Below, piece after piece: positions 60,172 to 64,000 of a stretch of 64,000 nucleotides of DNA. The stretch spans positions 6,720 through 70,719 of the forward strand of contig CAZJVB010000004.1 in the NCBI GenBank assembly GCA_964549435.1, written 5' to 3'. Position numbers and translations under genes: made by a program. How positions within the stretch are numbered: the stretch's first letter is position 1; the number at the start of each line of letters is the position of its first letter. This DNA is from an uncultured Ruminococcus sp. (GTDB taxonomy: Bacteria > Bacillota > Clostridia > Oscillospirales > CAG-382). The notes below the pieces were generated by a model. It did no database searches. It saw only the letters and a program-made list of their open reading frames with translations, and was not told the origin of the DNA.

Positions 60172-60861
60172 TTATCTGCTTTCGATATTGTACTTGACTT
60201 TGATCCGTTCCAAAATCTTCCCGATCGGTTTGGAAAAGCACAGCAGAAAAACCACATTCGATACTGCATAAACAATTGTAAATTCGATAGCAGAAATAAC
60301 AGCTGCAAGATATCTGGAAAAATTAAAGAAGCCATCCGCCCAAAGGACACTCCAAATGTCCATCAGCAACGAATAAAGAACACCAGAAATAATCGCGTAG
60401 AGAACCAACAGTACTTTACTTCGTTTCAGTGGTTCAGCTATCAAACCGGCTATCAAACCAAGAATCCCCCAGCTAAACATCTGAAAAGGAGTCCATGGCC
60501 CCTGTCCAAAGGTAAAATTAGAAACGACTGCAGATAACGCGCCTGTCATAAAGCCGGCTTCACTGCCGAAATACATGGCCGTTATCACAACCATAGCAGT
60601 AACCGGTTTGAATCCCGGCAGGGGCGTAAAAAGAATTCTTCCAACTACCGAAAGCGCAACCATAACTGCAATCAACAAGAGTTTTTTGATATCCGTATCT
60701 TTTCTTTCAAAATGGAGAAAAAATGGTATGCAGGACAGTATGGCAACACAGAGGGAAATCCATGCATATTGTTTATCCTGAAAAAGCAATGCACCGCAAA
60801 GCACAACCGCAGGAATCAGCAGACACAGGATGCCGTAAGAACAGCATTTTTTTATGTTCAT
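60172..60861 (-). CDS. ECF transporter substrate-specific (S) component
   Basis: ATG 60861 overlaps the upstream TGA (ATGA). About 229 aa with 6 hydrophobic helices. It is the last gene of the ECF module. Confidence 0.65.
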   Translation of the reverse strand: MNIKKCCSYGILCLLIPAVVLCGALLFQDKQYAWISLCVAILSCIPFFLHFERKDTDIKKLLLIAVMVALSVVGRILFTPLPGFKPVTAMVVITAMYFGSEAGFMTGALSAVVSNFTFGQGPWTPFQMFSWGILGLIAGLIAEPLKRSKVLLVLYAIISGVLYSLLMDIWSVLWADGFFNFSRYLAAVISAIEFTIVYAVSNVVFLLCFSKPIGKILERIKVKYNIESR

Positions 60862-62537
60862 TCTGTCTGTCTCCCATCCGCCAGACAGCAGGAGACGACC
60901 TGCTGACAAGTAACGGCATTTTTCCAAAACTGTCGCGCCATACGGCTAGCTGCCGTGGTGTAAAAATTATTTTCCGCAAAAAAGGTTTCCGGGACATCGG
61001 CAGAAAGAATTTCTCCATCAAAAAATAAAGCACAACGATCCGCATTTTCCGCAGCAAATTCAACGTCATGTGTAACCATTAGAATGGTCATTCCTTCCCT
61101 TTTCAAATCCTGCAGGATTCCTTTCAAATGGTGCTTTGAATAAGCATCAAGTCCTTTTGTCGGTTCATCAAGAAGGAGAATCTTTGGTTGCAGCAGAAGC
61201 ATCTTAGCAAGGGCGCATTTCTGCTGTTCGCCTCCGCTCAAATCGTAAGGATGCTTATCAAGCAAATGTGTAATTCTTACTTTCTCCGCAATCTCTGCAA
61301 TTCGTTCCGCTCGCTTCTTTTTAGGTATTTCCAATACCTCCAGAAGCTCGGAAAAATCTTCCCGCACCTGATCCTTAACAAAAACCGTCTGCGGATTCTG
61401 CGGAAGGAGGGCAAGCATATTACGATATAAAGTATTTCCTTTATACGTTTTGATCGGTTTTCCGCCAATCAGAATTTTCCCCCGATAAGCCCTATTTAAT
61501 CCCGCTATTACATGCAGTGTTGTCGTTTTCCCGGTTCCATTTCCGCCGAGAATGCAATAACATTCTCCGGCATAAACCTGCATCGAGGTAGACCGAAGAA
61601 CATCCGGCAGTTCCTTTTCGTAACGAAACCACACGTTTTTCAATTCTACCATGGTTTGACTGCTGTGTATATAGTTTTTCTCTGTTTCTCCCCCTTTGCT
61701 CCCGGAAAAATGCCGCTCAAGAAAATCTCTGCCTTCCCTGACCGTCAGCGGGGACTCCCCTTCCATGCTGAGCGCATGAAAAATTCGTACAGCACTGGGA
61801 AGTCCGAGAAGCATCGGATGGTCTTTCTGGATTTCCATCAGTTTTTTTCCGATATTTTCCGGCGCATCGTAAAGAAGAAGGCTTCCCTGGTGCATGAGAA
61901 GCACTTTGTCAGCAATCGGAAACACCTCCTCCAAACGATGCTCAACAAGGAGAATCGTCAAACCGAGTTCACGATTGATTTTCCGCAAAGTGGAAATAAA
62001 GTCAGAAGCGGCAATCGGATCAAGCTGGCTTGTTGGTTCGTCTAAAATCAAAATATTAGGCTGCATGACCATAATTGACGCAAGATTAAGAAGCTGTTTT
62101 TGACCGCCGGAAAGTTCGTCTGTTTTTTTTCGAAACCATTCCTGTATACCGAAATAGCTTGCCATCTCACCAACCCGACGACGAATGCTTTCAGTGGGAA
62201 TCCCCATGTTTTCCAGTCCGAAGGCAAGTTCATGCCACACTTTATCTGTCACTATCTGGTTATCGGGATTTTGAAGAACATATCCAATATCGGATGCACT
62301 CGTTTTTTCATCAAGCTGCTCCTGCGGAATGCCTTTATAGTAAATCGTTCCGCTTTTTTCTCCTGCAGGCGCAAGTTCCTTTTTCAGCAGTTTTAAAAGC
62401 GTTGTTTTTCCACATCCTGACTCCCCGCACAGCACAATAAATTCTCCACTATCGATGCGCAAAGTGATATGTTCCACAGCATATCTTTCAGATTTCGGAT
62501 ATTTGAAACTCAAATCTTCGATCTGTAATATTTCCAT
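60858..62537 (-). CDS. ECF transporter fused tandem ATPase (EcfA1-EcfA2-like)
   Basis: It has two complete NBDs. The first has GESGCGKTT, LSGGQKQ and LDEPTSQLD. The second has GGNGTGKTT, LSGGEQQ and LDEPTKGLD. Confidence 0.88.
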   Translation of the reverse strand: MEILQIEDLSFKYPKSERYAVEHITLRIDSGEFIVLCGESGCGKTTLLKLLKKELAPAGEKSGTIYYKGIPQEQLDEKTSASDIGYVLQNPDNQIVTDKVWHELAFGLENMGIPTESIRRRVGEMASYFGIQEWFRKKTDELSGGQKQLLNLASIMVMQPNILILDEPTSQLDPIAASDFISTLRKINRELGLTILLVEHRLEEVFPIADKVLLMHQGSLLLYDAPENIGKKLMEIQKDHPMLLGLPSAVRIFHALSMEGESPLTVREGRDFLERHFSGSKGGETEKNYIHSSQTMVELKNVWFRYEKELPDVLRSTSMQVYAGECYCILGGNGTGKTTTLHVIAGLNRAYRGKILIGGKPIKTYKGNTLYRNMLALLPQNPQTVFVKDQVREDFSELLEVLEIPKKKRAERIAEIAEKVRITHLLDKHPYDLSGGEQQKCALAKMLLLQPKILLLDEPTKGLDAYSKHHLKGILQDLKREGMTILMVTHDVEFAAENADRCALFFDGEILSADVPETFFAENNFYTTAASRMARQFWKNAVTCQQVVSCCLADGRQTE

Positions 62538-63418
62538 ACCAATGCCTCCTTAACTTCTATGATAGACGGTAGAAATGAAAGGATGAAAAAAGCCGTATAA
62601 ACGGATATTGCGTAAGGAGATCGATTCAGTTCACTGATTTTCGGATAGTAATAAAATACCATTTCGCCACTTGCTGTACCGGCTATCGTCAACCCGAGCA
62701 GCAAAATACATGTCGTCAACAGAATGCCATCATGAAAATAGAAACGGAAAATCGAAAAATTCGTTCTACCCTTTATACCATATCCTCTCGCCTTCATAGA
62801 GGCAGAGGTTTCCATGGCATTTTCAATTGACCATGAAATCATAGCCATAAATATACGCATAGCACTTTTTATCTTATCGACAAAACTCTTTGAGGAATAT
62901 AGCCCCATTGCCTTTTGTGCACGATTTACCCTACGCATCTGACGTTTGAACATCGGTATAAATCGAAGCGCCATAGATAGGATCAGCGACAGCTTGGGAA
63001 TTATTCTCCCGAACAGGTAAAGAAATTTATCGCTCGTCATAATCTCACTGTAGCACTTGCACCACATCATAACTCCGATTACCATCACGGCGATTGCAAC
63101 ACCGTAAACGAATGCTTCTAAAGTAACCGGATTCCCATTCAGAAAAAACAGCGGCGTCACACCATTATGAGAAAAAAGAGGATTGGTGACAGCTACCATC
63201 AGAAACAGAATAGTATAGAATCCGACATTCCCCGGTATTTCTCGTTTGTTTTGCAGAATCAGGCAAAACAAGCAACCGCCAAGCAATGCAGTTACCTCTA
63301 ATACCGGGTTGGAGACAAACATAGCTACCAACAGAACCGACAGAAAATAGAGCAACAGCACGAAAGGATGATAGATTCCGAATGCTTTCAAGGTAATTTT
63401 CCTCCTATCCACACGCAT
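62510..63418 (-). CDS. ECF transporter transmembrane (T) component, CbiQ/EcfT family
   Basis: About 300 aa and polytopic. It has the conserved A-R-G coupling-helix motifs (MKARGY). It overlaps both flanking genes. Confidence 0.75.
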   Translation of the reverse strand: MRVDRRKITLKAFGIYHPFVLLLYFLSVLLVAMFVSNPVLEVTALLGGCLFCLILQNKREIPGNVGFYTILFLMVAVTNPLFSHNGVTPLFFLNGNPVTLEAFVYGVAIAVMVIGVMMWCKCYSEIMTSDKFLYLFGRIIPKLSLILSMALRFIPMFKRQMRRVNRAQKAMGLYSSKSFVDKIKSAMRIFMAMISWSIENAMETSASMKARGYGIKGRTNFSIFRFYFHDGILLTTCILLLGLTIAGTASGEMVFYYYPKISELNRSPYAISVYTAFFILSFLPSIIEVKEALVWKYYRSKI

Positions 63419-63942
63419 CCTACATCTTTTCCCAGATCACAGGTATACACCCATTCAATTACCTGCCCATCTTTTAGAACATATTTCGAGCAGCCGTAAT
63501 TCGGAAATACACCGTCTACACGGTACATCCATCCGGAAAGCGGACCACAGGAAAATTCATACAGATAATGAATCCCCTGAATATAAACACTGCCATAACT
63601 ATTCTTGTCAGCACCTTGATACTCCATCTGAATTTTATTATACCGCACGGCGCGATCAAGAATATCAAAAACCGTATCCCCTGGGCGAAGTACATATTGA
63701 GTTGGCGGCAAAATTATACCGTCCGCCGGAACAAACTCGTCCGATTGCAGAGAGGGATCAAGATCACCATAATTTTCTAGAATCGTATCACAGCGAATAC
63801 TGATGGTCACGGTTTCACTATCCGATCTGATATCGTCTATATGTGTCAGGTAGTACTCATCCACGGACTGAAACTTTGTTCCGTTAAACAAAATGGCAAG
63901 CAGCAAAATAATCCCGAGCACAGCAAGGATATCTTTTTTCAC
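63388..63942 (-). CDS. DUF4430-domain (transcobalamin-like beta domain) membrane-anchored protein
   Basis: GTG 63942 lies 6 nt after AGGAGA; the track start is a TTG. It has a signal-anchor and then GIHYLYEFSCGPLSGWMYRVDGVFPNYGCSKYVLKDGQVIEWVYT, typical of DUF4430. Confidence 0.65.
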   Translation of the reverse strand: MKKDILAVLGIILLLAILFNGTKFQSVDEYYLTHIDDIRSDSETVTISIRCDTILENYGDLDPSLQSDEFVPADGIILPPTQYVLRPGDTVFDILDRAVRYNKIQMEYQGADKNSYGSVYIQGIHYLYEFSCGPLSGWMYRVDGVFPNYGCSKYVLKDGQVIEWVYTCDLGKDVGCVWIGGKLP

Positions 63943-64000
63943 TCGGCTTCTCCTTCCTGCATACAAGCCTCCTCATCTGCATAAAGGGAAGCAAGCTCCT

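Overview
The window is a gene-dense, mostly housekeeping chromosomal segment. It looks like a spore-forming Clostridia-type Firmicute, because YunB, SpoIIM-like and CwlD-like genes and a DapL lysine pathway are present (inference). The ORF track allows TTG/GTG starts, so I re-derived several starts from ribosome-binding sites and promoters read in the sequence.

Contents by position:
- 1-21.5 kb, plus strand: type IIA topoisomerase B/A pair, gdpP-rplI-dnaB, tilS-ftsH, a DHHW-family protein, a TrmH-family methyltransferase, a ComEC-like MBL nuclease with DUF3006, proC, a SpoIIM-like gene with xerD, a DUF624 protein and a heterodimeric ABC exporter. yunB lies convergent on the minus strand.
- 21.6-27.6 kb, minus strand: radA, a cwlD-like amidase, a three-gene glycan-synthase operon and a Crp/Fnr regulator.
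- 27.8-31.9 kb, plus strand: an NMT1-type ABC importer with fused permease-ATPase, and the ACT/UPF0210 pair.
- 32.1-40.6 kb, minus strand: citrate synthase-aconitase-icd and dapA-dapB-dapF-dapL operons.
- 40.8-55 kb: accessory-looking genes. These are a 1202-aa orphan lipoprotein, an MBL/C_GCAxxG fusion, a leaderless DUF11 protein, a coupled membrane/Cys4 pair, tRNA-Arg(ACG), and a surface-glycan locus with an SBP that has no permease.
- 55-64 kb: an aminotransferase, asnS, a DUF255 thioredoxin-domain protein, and a DUF4430-associated ECF transporter.

I saw no CRISPR array, transposase, prophage or recognisable defence system.

The best candidates for undescribed biology are:
- the GT2 synthase operon with a C-terminally anchored tandem cohesin-like partner (23.8-26.9 kb);
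- the 48.3-55.0 kb surface locus, which includes a G10 tract inside a lipoprotein gene;
- the 1202-aa lipoprotein;
- the leaderless DUF11 gene.

All family assignments come from motif recognition by eye. No searches were run.
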